This document shows positions 50,106-60,223 of a stretch of DNA of 64,000 nucleotides, in pieces. Origin of the DNA: an uncultured Gemmatimonadales bacterium (lineage in GTDB: Bacteria; Gemmatimonadota; Gemmatimonadetes; Longimicrobiales; RSA9); contig OY970192.1 of assembly GCA_963708135.1 (NCBI GenBank), positions 4,064,001 to 4,128,000 on the forward strand, in the 5' to 3' direction. Every line of letters begins with the position of its first letter. Position 1 is the stretch's first letter. Position numbers and translations under genes: made by a program. The notes below the pieces were generated by a model. It saw only the letters and a program-made list of their open reading frames with translations, ran no database searches and was not told the DNA's origin.

Positions 50106-53100
50106 GTGCGACGCGCAGGCACCCCCCTCCCGATGGCGATCCCCGTCGCTTTCGCCCTCGCGCTGGCGGCGGCTCCGCCGCGCGCCGCGGCACAGCAGCC
50201 GACGGCCGAGTCCCGCACCCGGACGACCGCCGGTGCCGCCGGTGCGGCCGCGGCCCGCCCGGCCCTGCCGGCCGAGGAATGGGACGTGACGAAGGCCCGC
50301 GGCCAGACCCGTGACATCGACTTCACCACCAGCGAGGGCACCTGGCTCTCCGTGGACCTGTCGCCCGACGGACGGACCCTCCTCTTCGACCTGCTCGGCC
50401 ATATCTGGCGTCTGCCCGCCACGGGCGGCGAGGCGGTGGCGCTGACGGAGAACAGTGGCGTCGCCACCAACTACCACCCGCGCTGGTCGCCGGACGGCCG
50501 TCTCATCGCGTTCGTCTCGGACCGCAAGGGGCAGAACAACCTGTGGATCATGAACGCGGACGGCTCCGATCCGCGCCCGGTTTTCCTCGACCGGGACGTC
50601 CGCGTGCGGACCCCCGTGTGGACGCCCGATGGCCAGTACATCATCGTGCGCCGCGACTGGGTCGGCGCCGGCTCCTCGGAGGGGAAGAGCGGGCTCTGGA
50701 TGTACCACCGGGACGGCGGCAGTGGTGTGCCGCTCGTCACCAAGGGCGACGTCGAATGGCCCACGGTCTCGCCCGACGGCCGCTACGTCTACTTCCAGCT
50801 CCGCAGCGGCGGCAGCGACGCGCTCACCGGCGACTACCAGATCCAGCGGCTCGAGCTCGAGAGCGGCGAGATCATCGACATCACGGCGGGCAACTCGCAC
50901 GGAGTGGCCGCCTCGCGCGCCACGAGCGGCGGAGCGTTCGCGCCGGAGGTGTCGCCTGACGGTCACTGGCTGGCCTTCGGCCGCCAGATCGGGGATGGCC
51001 TCATCTCCTTCAAGGGCCACACGTACGGTCCGCGCACGGCGCTCTGGCTGCGCAACCTGGACACGGGCGAGGAGCGGCTCGCCATGGACCCGATCTCGGT
51101 CGCCATCGAGAGCGGCGCCAAGTCGCTGCGCATCCTGCCGGGCTACGGCTGGTCCCGGGACGGCAAGTCCATCGTGATCGCGGAGGGCGGCAAGGTGCGC
51201 CGCCTCGATGTGGCCACCGGCCGGGTGGCGACGATCCCCTTCACCGCCCACGTGCACCGCACCATCTCGGAGATGGCCTACGCACCGTTTCGCATCTCGG
51301 ACGGCGCGTTCGAGGCGAAGTACCTGCGCTGGCACACGCTCTCGCCCGACGGCAGGCGCCTGGCCTTCCAGGCGGTCGGCCGCGTGTGGGTCATGGACCT
51401 GCCGGATGGAACGCCGCGCCGCGTGACGCCGCGCAGCTTCGACCCGCTCGAGTACGGCCCCACGTGGTCGCCGGACGGCCGCTGGCTGGCCTTCACGTCC
51501 CACGACGACCGCGGCCTCGGCTACGTCTGGAAGGTGCCGCCCGCCGGGGGCGCGCCGGTCCGGGTCACGGCGGACTCGGGGGAGTACGTGCACCCGGCAT
51601 GGAGCCGGGATGGCCGGGAGATCGCCGTCGCGCGCGGCTCGGGCGCCACGCTGCGCGGCCGCACGCTGACGCACGACCCCTGGTGGGACGTGGTGCGCGT
51701 TCCGGCGACGGGAGGCCGGGCGACGCTCGTCGCCCGCGTCGCGCTGCCGGCCGGGACCAACCCGACCAGCGTGGCCCGGCGCGCCATCCTCACGCCCAGC
51801 TACGGGCCGGATGGCCGCATCTTCTTTCCGGTGTTCCAGCGAGACGAGAAGGCGCGCGAGATGAAGACCGCGCTCGTCTCGGTGAAGCCCGATGGCGGCG
51901 ACCGCCGCGTGCACGTGATCCTGCCCTACGCCGACGAGGCCACGCCCTCGCCCGACGGCCGCTGGCTCGCGTTCCAGGAGGGCGACAACGTCTATTTGAC
52001 CGCGTTGCCCTACGAGGGGACGGGGGCGGCGCCGATCGAGCTGGACAAGCGCCACGGGCGGCTGCCCGTCCGGCAGCTCAGCCTCGAGGGCGGGATGTTC
52101 CCGCACTGGCACGACTCGCTGACCGTGGAGTTTGGCAGCGCGAACCGCCACGTCACCTACCACGTGGCCACCGAGAAGGCCGAGACGACGACCGTGCGCC
52201 TCATGGTGCCGCGCGGCTCCGTGGCGCCTGGCACGATCGCGCTCACGGGTGCCCGCATCGTGAGCCTCGGGAACCCGGAGGTGATCGAGAAGGGCACGAT
52301 CGTGGTGAAGGACGGCCGCATCACCTGCGTCGGGACGTGCTCGACGGCCGGGGCGGACCGCGTGCTGGACGAGACCGGCAAGACCATCATTCCGGGCTTC
52401 GTGGACATGCACTCGCACCACTACCGCGAGTGGCGGGGCTACCGTCCGCGTCACGACTACGAGGTCTCCATCTATCTCGCGTACGGGGTGACCACGGACC
52501 TCGACCCGTCCATGTGGTCGCAGAACATCTTCCCCTCCGCCGAGCTGATCGAGTCGGGCGAGATGATCGGGCCACGCACATTCAGCACGGGGGACCCGCT
52601 CTACAAGGGCGATGCCGCGCGCAACAACGACCTGTCCAGCTACGCCGCCACCGAGCACGACATCGCGAAGCTGCAGTCGTGGGGCGCGGTCTCCATGAAG
52701 CAGTACCTGCAGCCGCGGCGCGACCAGCGGCAGTGGGTGAGCGACGTCGCGCGCAAGCGCGGCCTCATGGTCACCGCCGAGGGCGGCGACCTCTTCTACA
52801 ATCTCGGCATGATCATGGACGGCCAGACCGGCTGGGAGCACCCGCTCAGCTACGTGCCGCTCTACTCCGACGTGACGAAGTTCTTCGGGCTCGCCCACGC
52901 CACGTACTCGCCGACCCTGGTCGTGGCCGGGCCGGGCCCCTGGAACATCGAGTACTTCTTCGGCGCGAGCAATGTCTGGAAGGATCCCAAGCAGCGCCGC
53001 TGGATGCCGTGGCGCATGGACATGGGCCACCTGCGGCGGCGCACGCTCCGCCCCGAGACCGACTACAGCTTCCCGCTGCTGGCGCAGGGGCTCGCCGACA

Positions 53101-53498
53101 TCATCGCCGAGGGCGGCCACGGCGCGCTCGGCTCGCACGGCGAGCACCACGGCACCAACGCGCAATGGGAGGTGTGGATGGAGGCCTCCGCGCTCGGCCC
53201 GCTCGGCGCGCTGCGCGTCGCCTCGCTGGACGGGGCCCACTTCCTGGGCGTGGACCGCGACGTCGGCTCCCTCGAGGTCGGCAAGCTCGGGGACCTGATC
53301 GTCCTCGATGCCAACCCGCTCGAGGACATCCACAACACCGCCGACATGCAGTACGTCATGAAGGGCGGCGTCCTCTACGACGCCGACACGCTGGACGAGG
53401 TCTGGCCCCAGAAGAAGCCGTACGGGCCCTACTACTGGAACGACGCCGACGCGCAGCGGCAGGACACGCGGCCCATGGACTACTGGGACAGGCACTGA
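50106..53498 (+). CDS. Exported PD40/TolB-propeller plus amidohydrolase fusion protein
   Basis: RBS CAGGAG before GTG; EGTWLSVDLSPDG, many SPDG repeats, PGFVDMHSH, GSLEVGKLGDLIVLDANPL. Confidence 0.9.
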   Translation: MRRAGTPLPMAIPVAFALALAAAPPRAAAQQPTAESRTRTTAGAAGAAAARPALPAEEWDVTKARGQTRDIDFTTSEGTWLSVDLSPDGRTLLFDLLGHIWRLPATGGEAVALTENSGVATNYHPRWSPDGRLIAFVSDRKGQNNLWIMNADGSDPRPVFLDRDVRVRTPVWTPDGQYIIVRRDWVGAGSSEGKSGLWMYHRDGGSGVPLVTKGDVEWPTVSPDGRYVYFQLRSGGSDALTGDYQIQRLELESGEIIDITAGNSHGVAASRATSGGAFAPEVSPDGHWLAFGRQIGDGLISFKGHTYGPRTALWLRNLDTGEERLAMDPISVAIESGAKSLRILPGYGWSRDGKSIVIAEGGKVRRLDVATGRVATIPFTAHVHRTISEMAYAPFRISDGAFEAKYLRWHTLSPDGRRLAFQAVGRVWVMDLPDGTPRRVTPRSFDPLEYGPTWSPDGRWLAFTSHDDRGLGYVWKVPPAGGAPVRVTADSGEYVHPAWSRDGREIAVARGSGATLRGRTLTHDPWWDVVRVPATGGRATLVARVALPAGTNPTSVARRAILTPSYGPDGRIFFPVFQRDEKAREMKTALVSVKPDGGDRRVHVILPYADEATPSPDGRWLAFQEGDNVYLTALPYEGTGAAPIELDKRHGRLPVRQLSLEGGMFPHWHDSLTVEFGSANRHVTYHVATEKAETTTVRLMVPRGSVAPGTIALTGARIVSLGNPEVIEKGTIVVKDGRITCVGTCSTAGADRVLDETGKTIIPGFVDMHSHHYREWRGYRPRHDYEVSIYLAYGVTTDLDPSMWSQNIFPSAELIESGEMIGPRTFSTGDPLYKGDAARNNDLSSYAATEHDIAKLQSWGAVSMKQYLQPRRDQRQWVSDVARKRGLMVTAEGGDLFYNLGMIMDGQTGWEHPLSYVPLYSDVTKFFGLAHATYSPTLVVAGPGPWNIEYFFGASNVWKDPKQRRWMPWRMDMGHLRRRTLRPETDYSFPLLAQGLADIIAEGGHGALGSHGEHHGTNAQWEVWMEASALGPLGALRVASLDGAHFLGVDRDVGSLEVGKLGDLIVLDANPLEDIHNTADMQYVMKGGVLYDADTLDEVWPQKKPYGPYYWNDADAQRQDTRPMDYWDRH

Positions 53499-53513
53499 GC
53501 AGCGTCCGGCCGC

Positions 53514-53753
53514 GGGAGTGGGGGAGTGGGAGACGGGCTCGCGTCCTGGTGCGCGCCCGTTGCCGTGCCGGGAGCCGATCCCGGCGCACGCGGCAGCCCG
53601 CGCCCGCGGCTCCGTGGCGCCGGTCACCCCGGAAGGGCGCCGGTCGCGTCGGAAGGGCGCCGGTCGGGTCGGAGGGGCGCCGGCCGGGTCGCGAGGCCCG
53701 GCATCCCGCCGGGCGAGGAGAGGCGGCCCGGGGTCTCCCACTCTCCCACTCCC
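53514..53753. repeat. Composite intergenic repeat: 21-bp inverted repeats enclosing three 20-bp tandem repeats
   Basis: GGGAGTGGGGGAGTGGGAGAC (53514-53534) versus GTCTCCCACTCTCCCACTCCC (53733-53753); GGAAGGGCGCCGGTCGnGTC-like units at 53631-53690. Confidence 0.75.
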
Positions 53754-53762
53754 CCACTCTCC

Positions 53763-54971
53763 TCACAGCGTCTTCAGGAACCGCAGCAGCGGCTGCCATC
53801 CCAGAGTTCCCAGGCGAGCGAAGGCGTCGCGGGAGGCCTTCGCCTCGCCGGCGTGTAGCAGGATCGCGTCCTCCAGCCGCCCCGCCCGCCCGTCGTGCAG
53901 ATAGCGGCGCCGGTAGCTCAACCCCATCAGCAGTCCCGTCCTCAGCTCGGCGGGAGTCGCCGCCGCCCCGCAGACGTCCGCCAGGCCGGGGCCCATGTCG
54001 TGGAGCAGGAGGTCGGAGTAGAGCGGCACCGTCCTCCCGTCGAGCGCCGGGATGGCGCTCGGGCCCGTGCGCATCTCCGGGATGTGGCAGGCGGCACAGC
54101 CGAGGGAGTGGAAGAGCCGCTCCCCCGCCTGGAGCGTGTCGAGATCCGCGCCCTTCGCCGGCGGGCGGCCCGACAGCGGCGGGGCGAGGAAGCGGACGTA
54201 GTCCGCGAGCAGGTCGAGCCGCGCGGCCGTGATCTCGGGATCGGGGGCGGGGTCGGTTCCGGGAGGGAACGGCCGCCCGCCGAGTCGCTCCTCCTCCGGG
54301 TGCAGCACCGTGGTGAGCCCCATCTCGAAGCGCAGCGCGGTATCGATGAAGCGCCGCAGCGTGGGCTCTTCCGCCTTGCGCGAGAACCGGCCGATCGTGC
54401 CGTCGGGGAGGCGGCTCACGCGGCCGGAGATCCCGTCCCCATCCTTGTCCGCCGGGTCGGCGTGTGCCACGATGGCGGAGTCCGGGATCGCCTCCACCAG
54501 CCCCAGGCCGTAGAGGAACGGCACGGTGAAGGCGGCGCGCGCGGTGGCCCGGGCCGGAATCGTCTCCCGCTCGATGCCGCGCGCGCGGAGCAGCGGTGTG
54601 GCCTGCTTGCGCACGTTGACGCCGCCGTCGGCCTCGAGCTCGTCACACCGGTCGGGGGGCGTGAAGCGCGTGGCCTTGACTGCCGTCTGCTCGCCCGTGC
54701 CGCCGTCTGCGGGGTCGGTGTGGCAGGCGTTGCAGGCGTTCTCGTTGAAGAACGGGCCGAGGCCCTCGGCGGGCGTGAAGCGGTGGTCGAAGAGCGCCTT
54801 GCCGGCCTCGAAGCGGGCGCGGTCCTCGGGACGCAGCCCGGGCAGCGGCTCGCCCGGCGCCGCGCGGGGCGGAGGCGGCAGCCGCTCGTCACCAGCGCGG
54901 GAGCAGCCGGCGGCGAGCGCCAGGAACGAGGCGAGCAGGGCGGCCTCGCCGGCGCAGCGGATGCGGGTCAT
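53763..54971 (-). CDS. Di-heme oxidoreductase (DHOR/thiol oxidoreductase family) lipoprotein
   Basis: Lipobox AAGC; CNACH and CAACH; GLGP.FN, GLGLVEAIPD, YSDLLLHDMG, YLHDGRA. Confidence 0.88.
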   Translation of the reverse strand: MTRIRCAGEAALLASFLALAAGCSRAGDERLPPPPRAAPGEPLPGLRPEDRARFEAGKALFDHRFTPAEGLGPFFNENACNACHTDPADGGTGEQTAVKATRFTPPDRCDELEADGGVNVRKQATPLLRARGIERETIPARATARAAFTVPFLYGLGLVEAIPDSAIVAHADPADKDGDGISGRVSRLPDGTIGRFSRKAEEPTLRRFIDTALRFEMGLTTVLHPEEERLGGRPFPPGTDPAPDPEITAARLDLLADYVRFLAPPLSGRPPAKGADLDTLQAGERLFHSLGCAACHIPEMRTGPSAIPALDGRTVPLYSDLLLHDMGPGLADVCGAAATPAELRTGLLMGLSYRRRYLHDGRAGRLEDAILLHAGEAKASRDAFARLGTLGWQPLLRFLKTL

Positions 54972-55109
54972 GCGCGCGGAGTCTCTCGAGTGTCGGGCGG
55001 GGGCGGAGGATGGTGCCCGCACGGCGCCGCCGCCGCAGGATCGCGGAACGGAATCTCGGCCGGGGCGCGGTCGCACGCAAACGGAGCCCGAACGAACAGG
55101 GGGAACGCG

Positions 55110-57095
55110 ATGAAATCCGACGGCAGGGGGATCCACTGCGCGATGCTCGCGCTGGCCGCGACGCTCGCCACCGCGGTGCTGCCCGGTTCCGCCGGCGCGC
55201 AGCGCGCCGGGAGCGGCGGACAGGCGCTCGCGCCCCTGCGGCTCGTCACCCCGGCCACCTTCGACAGCGCGGTGGCCCACGGCACGCGCACGCGCACCGG
55301 CGTCCCCGGCCGACGGTACTGGCAGAACTCCGCCGACTACACCATCGCGGCCACGGTCACCCCGGCGGACTCCATGCTGCGGGGCGAGGAGGCGATCACG
55401 TACCGCAACGAGTCGCCGGATACGCTACGGCACGTAGTCTTTCATTTGTACCAGAACCTGATGGCGGCGGAGGCGGCGCGGGAGAGCCCGGCCCCCGCCG
55501 CCACCGGCGGAATGCGCATCGAGCTGCTCCAGATTGGCGATCGGTCGCTGGCCGTGCCGGAGAACAGGGTCGGACAGGCGCCGGACAGCGCGGCGCCGCG
55601 CGTGTACGGCACCCTGATGCTCGTGGCGCTGCCCCGGCCGATCCCGCCCGGCGCGAGCGAGCGCTTCCACTTGAAGTGGAGCTTCACGATTCCCGGGGAC
55701 TGGGCGCCGCGGATGGGCATGGTCAACACGACCACCGCCCAGATCGCGCAGTGGTATCCGCAGATCGCCGTCTACGACGACCTGCACGGCTGGGACCTGC
55801 AGCAGTACACCGGGACGGGCGAGTTCTATCTGGACTACGGCCATTTCCGCTACTCGGTGACGATCCCCGCGGGCTACATCGTGGGCGGCAGCGGCACGCT
55901 CACCAACGCGGACCAGGTGCTCACGCAGGCCGAGCGCGCCGCGCTCGCGCGGGCCGCCGGCTCGGACGACGTACAGCACGTGGTCACCGCCGCCGGCTTC
56001 GGCGCCGGCCGCGCGACGGCGGGCGCCGCCGGCTCCAGTCTGACCTGGAGCTTCGATGCCGACAGCGTACGCGACGTCGCCTTCTCCTTCTCCGACCACT
56101 ACCTCTGGGACGCGACCAGCGCGGTTGTGGACTCCGCGACCGGGCGGCGCGCGCTCGTGAACGTCATGTACCGGGAGGGTGCGCCACTCTTCGACCAGGT
56201 CTGGAAGATGGCCCGGGCGGCGCTCGAGACGCATTCCAGCCGCATGGTGCCCTACCCCTGGCCGCAGCTCACGGAGACGGAGGGCGGCTCCGGCGGCATG
56301 GAGTACCCGATGACCGTCTTCGTCCAGGCCTATCCCGACCTCTACCGCGAGGACGAGGTCTCCGCTCACGAGATCGGCCACGAGTGGTTCCCCATGCTCG
56401 TCGGCAGCAACGAGACCCGCTACGGCTGGCAGGACGAGGGGCTCAACACCTTCGATACGTTCTTCGCCACGGACGCCTTCCTGCCGGACTCGCTGCAGCG
56501 CAGGGGCGTCGAGGAGAACGCCACCGAGTACCTCGACTTCATCCGCACCGAGGACGAGGACCTGCCGATGATGTCGCCCGCCAACGCCTTCGGCGTGCTG
56601 AACGCCGGCTACGGCGTGGAGGCGTACGCCAAGCCGTCCACCGCCCTCTGGGTCCTGTACAAGACTCTCGGACACGACGCCTTCTACAAGGCCTACCGTG
56701 CCTACATCCATGCGTGGGAGTACCGGCACCCGACGCCGTGGGACTTCTTCGATACCTTCGACCACGTCACAGGACAGGACCTCGACCCGTTCTGGCACCA
56801 GTGGTTCTTTACCCGCGACCGGCTGGACCAGGCCATCACCGGCGTCACGCAGGCGGCTGGCTCGGTGCGCGTGACAGTGGCCAACGCCGGCCGCATATAC
56901 GCACCCATCGACATCACGGCCACGCTGGCAGGCGGGAAGAAGGTGAGCTGGCGGGTGCCGGTGACGGTCTGGTACGACGGCAGGGCGAGGACCACGCCCT
57001 CGCATGAAGTGAGCGGGCGCGTCACGCGGGTCGAGCTCGACGCCGCCCACGACTTCCCTGACGTGGACCGCGCCAACAACGTGTGGCCCCGCTGA
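55110..57095 (+). CDS. Exported M1 family metallopeptidase
   Basis: Signal peptide, YWQNSADY, GGMEYP, HEIGHEWF..DEG, AYAKP. Confidence 0.92.
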   Translation: MKSDGRGIHCAMLALAATLATAVLPGSAGAQRAGSGGQALAPLRLVTPATFDSAVAHGTRTRTGVPGRRYWQNSADYTIAATVTPADSMLRGEEAITYRNESPDTLRHVVFHLYQNLMAAEAARESPAPAATGGMRIELLQIGDRSLAVPENRVGQAPDSAAPRVYGTLMLVALPRPIPPGASERFHLKWSFTIPGDWAPRMGMVNTTTAQIAQWYPQIAVYDDLHGWDLQQYTGTGEFYLDYGHFRYSVTIPAGYIVGGSGTLTNADQVLTQAERAALARAAGSDDVQHVVTAAGFGAGRATAGAAGSSLTWSFDADSVRDVAFSFSDHYLWDATSAVVDSATGRRALVNVMYREGAPLFDQVWKMARAALETHSSRMVPYPWPQLTETEGGSGGMEYPMTVFVQAYPDLYREDEVSAHEIGHEWFPMLVGSNETRYGWQDEGLNTFDTFFATDAFLPDSLQRRGVEENATEYLDFIRTEDEDLPMMSPANAFGVLNAGYGVEAYAKPSTALWVLYKTLGHDAFYKAYRAYIHAWEYRHPTPWDFFDTFDHVTGQDLDPFWHQWFFTRDRLDQAITGVTQAAGSVRVTVANAGRIYAPIDITATLAGGKKVSWRVPVTVWYDGRARTTPSHEVSGRVTRVELDAAHDFPDVDRANNVWPR

Positions 57096-57128
57096 GCGAG
57101 AGGGGGGCGCGGCGCGGGCCCGCCCCCC

Positions 57129-58037
57129 TCACCCCGCCGCCCGCCCGTGGTGGGCCAGCGCCCAGGTGCTGCCCAGCACCAGGACGGCGCCGCCGGCGGC
57201 CCAGAGGTCGGGACGCTCGCCGAAGAAGAGGATCCCCCACAACGCGGCGAAGAGGACCTGCACGTACGCCACGGACATCGCCCGTCCCGCTCGCTCCATC
57301 CCCAGGCCGCGCGTCATGTAAAGCTGCGCGATCTGCGCCGAGACGCCAACGCCCAGGAGCACGAGCCACTCGAGTGGCGTGGGCCAGCGCGCGTTCCTGC
57401 CGAGGAGCGGCAGCGAGCCGAGGACGCTGACCAGCGCGAAGTAGAAGATGATGACCAGTGGGGGCTCCGTGGCTCCCAGCTTGCGCACGAACACGTACGC
57501 CGCGCCGCTGAACACCGCGCCCGCGAGGGCTATGCCGACGGCCAGGAGCGGGAGCCGGCTCATCCCGGCGCCGAACAGGAAGGATGGCCGTGCGATGAGC
57601 ACCACGCCGGCGAGGCTGGTCAGCATGCACGCCAGCTCGCCGCCCGTCATCGCCTCGCCGAGCACCCAGATGGCGAAGATCCCGGTGAACGCCGGGTTCG
57701 TGTACTGGATGACCGTGGCGTCCGCCAGCGGCAGGTGGATGAGCGCGTAGTAGAAGCAGAGCAGCGCCGCGAACCCGAGCGTGCCCCGGACCACGAGCAG
57801 CCGGCGGCGGCGCCCCCAGAGCCCCACGCCCGCCCGCCTCAGCGCGCCCGCGCTGAGGATCATCATCGCGAGCGACCGCACCAGCACCACCTCCTGGCTC
57901 GGCAGCCGCCGCCCCGCCAGCTTCACGAGCAGGCTCATGATGCTGAAGAAGAAGCCTGCCGCCGCCATGTAGCGCAGCCCGCGCGAGAAGCGGGGCGGAG
58001 GAGCGGGGGGCGCGGCCGAGGTGGGCTCCTGGGTCAT
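57129..58037 (-). CDS. DMT/EamA family transporter
   Basis: Ten predicted TM segments in two EamA repeats; LPLADATVIQYTNP, GVVLIARP. Confidence 0.9.
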   Translation of the reverse strand: MTQEPTSAAPPAPPPRFSRGLRYMAAAGFFFSIMSLLVKLAGRRLPSQEVVLVRSLAMMILSAGALRRAGVGLWGRRRRLLVVRGTLGFAALLCFYYALIHLPLADATVIQYTNPAFTGIFAIWVLGEAMTGGELACMLTSLAGVVLIARPSFLFGAGMSRLPLLAVGIALAGAVFSGAAYVFVRKLGATEPPLVIIFYFALVSVLGSLPLLGRNARWPTPLEWLVLLGVGVSAQIAQLYMTRGLGMERAGRAMSVAYVQVLFAALWGILFFGERPDLWAAGGAVLVLGSTWALAHHGRAAG

Positions 58038-58190
58038 CGTGCCGGCAATCTACGTACGCCAGAACGGCGCACCACCCCGCCAGCGCGGGAACGATCCTTG
58101 AAGGTGAATCAGGTGAGGAGACGTCCCCCGGCGGCGGCCGCCGGCGGCGGGACTTGCGCGATGGACGGCAGCAGGAGGCGAACCGTGGCC

Positions 58191-58472
58191 ATGATCCAGG
58201 ACCCCGTCTGCCACACCACGCTGGACGAGGAAGACTCGGCGGCCAGCCGGTCGTTCGGCGGCCATTCCTTCCATTTCTGCTCCACGGACTGCGCGCGCCG
58301 CTTCGACACGGCGCCCGAGCGCTACAGCGCGGCGGCCAACGTGGAGATGGAGCGGCACGAGCCGCCCTTCACCACGAAGGGCAAGTTCACGGCGCCCAAG
58401 TTCGGCGCGGCCGGGAGCGGAGGGGCGGAGTACGAGCCGATCCCCGAGCAGCACGACCGGGAGCCGGAGTAG
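58191..58472 (+). CDS. YHS/TRASH-domain protein with C-terminal extension
   Basis: DPVC...FHFCSTDC..RF...PERY; RBS CAGGAGG upstream. Confidence 0.8.
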   Translation: MIQDPVCHTTLDEEDSAASRSFGGHSFHFCSTDCARRFDTAPERYSAAANVEMERHEPPFTTKGKFTAPKFGAAGSGGAEYEPIPEQHDREPE

Positions 58473-58479
58473 CGCCTCC

Positions 58480-58890
58480 GTGAGCGACGCGGACGGGCAG
58501 GACATCGCCATCATCGACGGCTCCAACGTGGCCTACTCGAGCGAGGGCGGCGAGCCCCGCCTGGCCAACATCGAGGCTGTCTCGCACAAGCTCGAGGTGG
58601 AGGGGCTCAAGCCGATCGTCGTCGTCGATGCGGCACTGCGCCATAGGATCGATGACCCGACGGGATACGAGAAGCTCGTGGACCGCGGCGTGATCAAGCA
58701 GGCGCCTGCCGGAACCGACGCCGACTACTTCATCCTCTCCTTCGCCCGCGAGCTCGACGCCAGCGTCGTGTCCAACGACTGCTTCCGCGACCGCGAGGAG
58801 CACTTCCCCGACGCGCTCGAACGCGTCATCCGCTTCATGATCGTGGACGGCGAGGTCGTCCTCGAGCGGCGCGCGCACCGCCGCGGCTGA
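58480..58890 (+). CDS. Stand-alone NYN/PIN-like ribonuclease (Zc3h12a-like)
   Basis: IIDGSNVA, VVVDA, DADYFIL, VVSNDCFRD acidic tetrad. Confidence 0.85.
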   Translation: MSDADGQDIAIIDGSNVAYSSEGGEPRLANIEAVSHKLEVEGLKPIVVVDAALRHRIDDPTGYEKLVDRGVIKQAPAGTDADYFILSFARELDASVVSNDCFRDREEHFPDALERVIRFMIVDGEVVLERRAHRRG

Positions 58891-58896
58891 GCGGGA

Positions 58897-60165
58897 TCAC
58901 CCCGCATCGGCCGCGAGCACGTCATCCGCCGGCGAGCGCCCCCGCTCCGCGTAGCAGCCGCCATACGCCCGCGCTATCTCGAGATCTCGTCCCGAGAACA
59001 CCGCCTCCCCCACCCGCCGACAGCCCTCCAGCGCGATCCGGTAGACCTCGGCCGCACGCGGCCCGACCACCGGGTGGGCCATCCCCAGCCTCGCCGCGGG
59101 CTCGAGAAGGTCGGGGTCCGGCGCGCCCAGCAGCTCCGCCGCGGCCTGCCCCGCCTCCGCGTCCAGGAACAGCCCGCACGCCACCGCGAGCGCCGCGGGA
59201 AGCCACTCTGGCGGCAGCGCATCGATCGACCGGACCTCGAGATAGCCCTTCGGTCGGACCTCCGGGAACAGCGTCGTCAGATGCGTCCGCCAATCCGCCT
59301 CGCCCAGCTCCCCAGACTCCAGCCACGCCCCGAAGGGGTGGTAGCCGCCCCCCGCATCCGTGTGGAAGATCGCCCCGGCGCCGAGCGCGAATGCGGTGTA
59401 CTCCTCCGCGCTGCCGGGGCTCCCGGCCCCGGTGAGCAGCCCGGTCCGTGAAGGATCGAGCCGCCGCCAGGCAACGGAGCGGACGCTGCGCGCCCCGCCC
59501 TCTTCGCCGCCGTAGCGCGGGGAGTTGGCGAAGAGTGCGACCAGAAAGGGTGCGAGCGCGTTGGCGAGCTGCCAGTCGTCGAGCGGTGTGGGCCCGAAGT
59601 CGATGTTCAGCTGGACGGCCGCGGTCTGGCGCATCATCCGGGCGCCCCACGGGCCGATGGATCGTAAATAGCGGTCCATCAACGAGTACCGCGAAGAGTC
59701 AACCTGCAGCGGCACGCGCTCCAGTGGCGTCAGTGGATCGATGCCCGCCCCCAACACTGCGATTCCCTCGCCGGCCGCCTCGCGGACCAGGTCGGTGGTG
59801 AGCCGGCGCAGCCGGTCGAGCGCGGCCGAGGCGCTTCGCTCCGGCGGCGTCCGGATCTCGATCTGCCCCCCGGGCTCGTAGGTCAGGGCGGTCCCGTCCG
59901 GAAGCAGGAAGGCGGGCGCCCCCTTCCCCGAGGCGTCCTTGGCCCATCCCCTCCGCGCGCCGAAGCGGCACAGGAACGGAAAGCTGGCCCGTCCCGCGGG
60001 GGCGGTGATCGGCACGGCGAGGCGCGTGTCCGCATCCACGAGCAGGAACTCGACTTCGGCCCCGATTCGGCGCGCGCCATGGAAGCCTCCGGGCAGCAGC
60101 AGCTCGTGCTCCGCGATGCCGCGGGCCAGGGTGGCCGGGTCGCCGAGCGGCCGATCCGCGCTCAC
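58897..60165 (-). CDS. egtA: Glutamate-cysteine ligase (GCS2), EgtA-like
   Basis: IGAEVE, EPGGQIE, MMRQTAAVQLNID, TTLFPEVRPKGYLEVRSID; lies within the egt cluster. Confidence 0.85.
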   Translation of the reverse strand: MSADRPLGDPATLARGIAEHELLLPGGFHGARRIGAEVEFLLVDADTRLAVPITAPAGRASFPFLCRFGARRGWAKDASGKGAPAFLLPDGTALTYEPGGQIEIRTPPERSASAALDRLRRLTTDLVREAAGEGIAVLGAGIDPLTPLERVPLQVDSSRYSLMDRYLRSIGPWGARMMRQTAAVQLNIDFGPTPLDDWQLANALAPFLVALFANSPRYGGEEGGARSVRSVAWRRLDPSRTGLLTGAGSPGSAEEYTAFALGAGAIFHTDAGGGYHPFGAWLESGELGEADWRTHLTTLFPEVRPKGYLEVRSIDALPPEWLPAALAVACGLFLDAEAGQAAAELLGAPDPDLLEPAARLGMAHPVVGPRAAEVYRIALEGCRRVGEAVFSGRDLEIARAYGGCYAERGRSPADDVLAADAG

Positions 60166-60223
60166 GGCCCCTCGCTCCGGCGCTCCGGCATGGCCCGATC
60201 GGCGGGGCCGCAGGGTCCCGCGC

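Noticed and set aside
53631..53690. CRISPR array
   Set aside because: The repeats are contiguous with no unique spacers, and no cas genes are present.
45474..53741. 2755-aa minus-strand ORF and other giant antisense ORFs (e.g. 39151-44481, 39720-44858, 29900-33703)
   Set aside because: Shadow frames of real genes in high-GC DNA; R/A/G/P-rich with no motifs.
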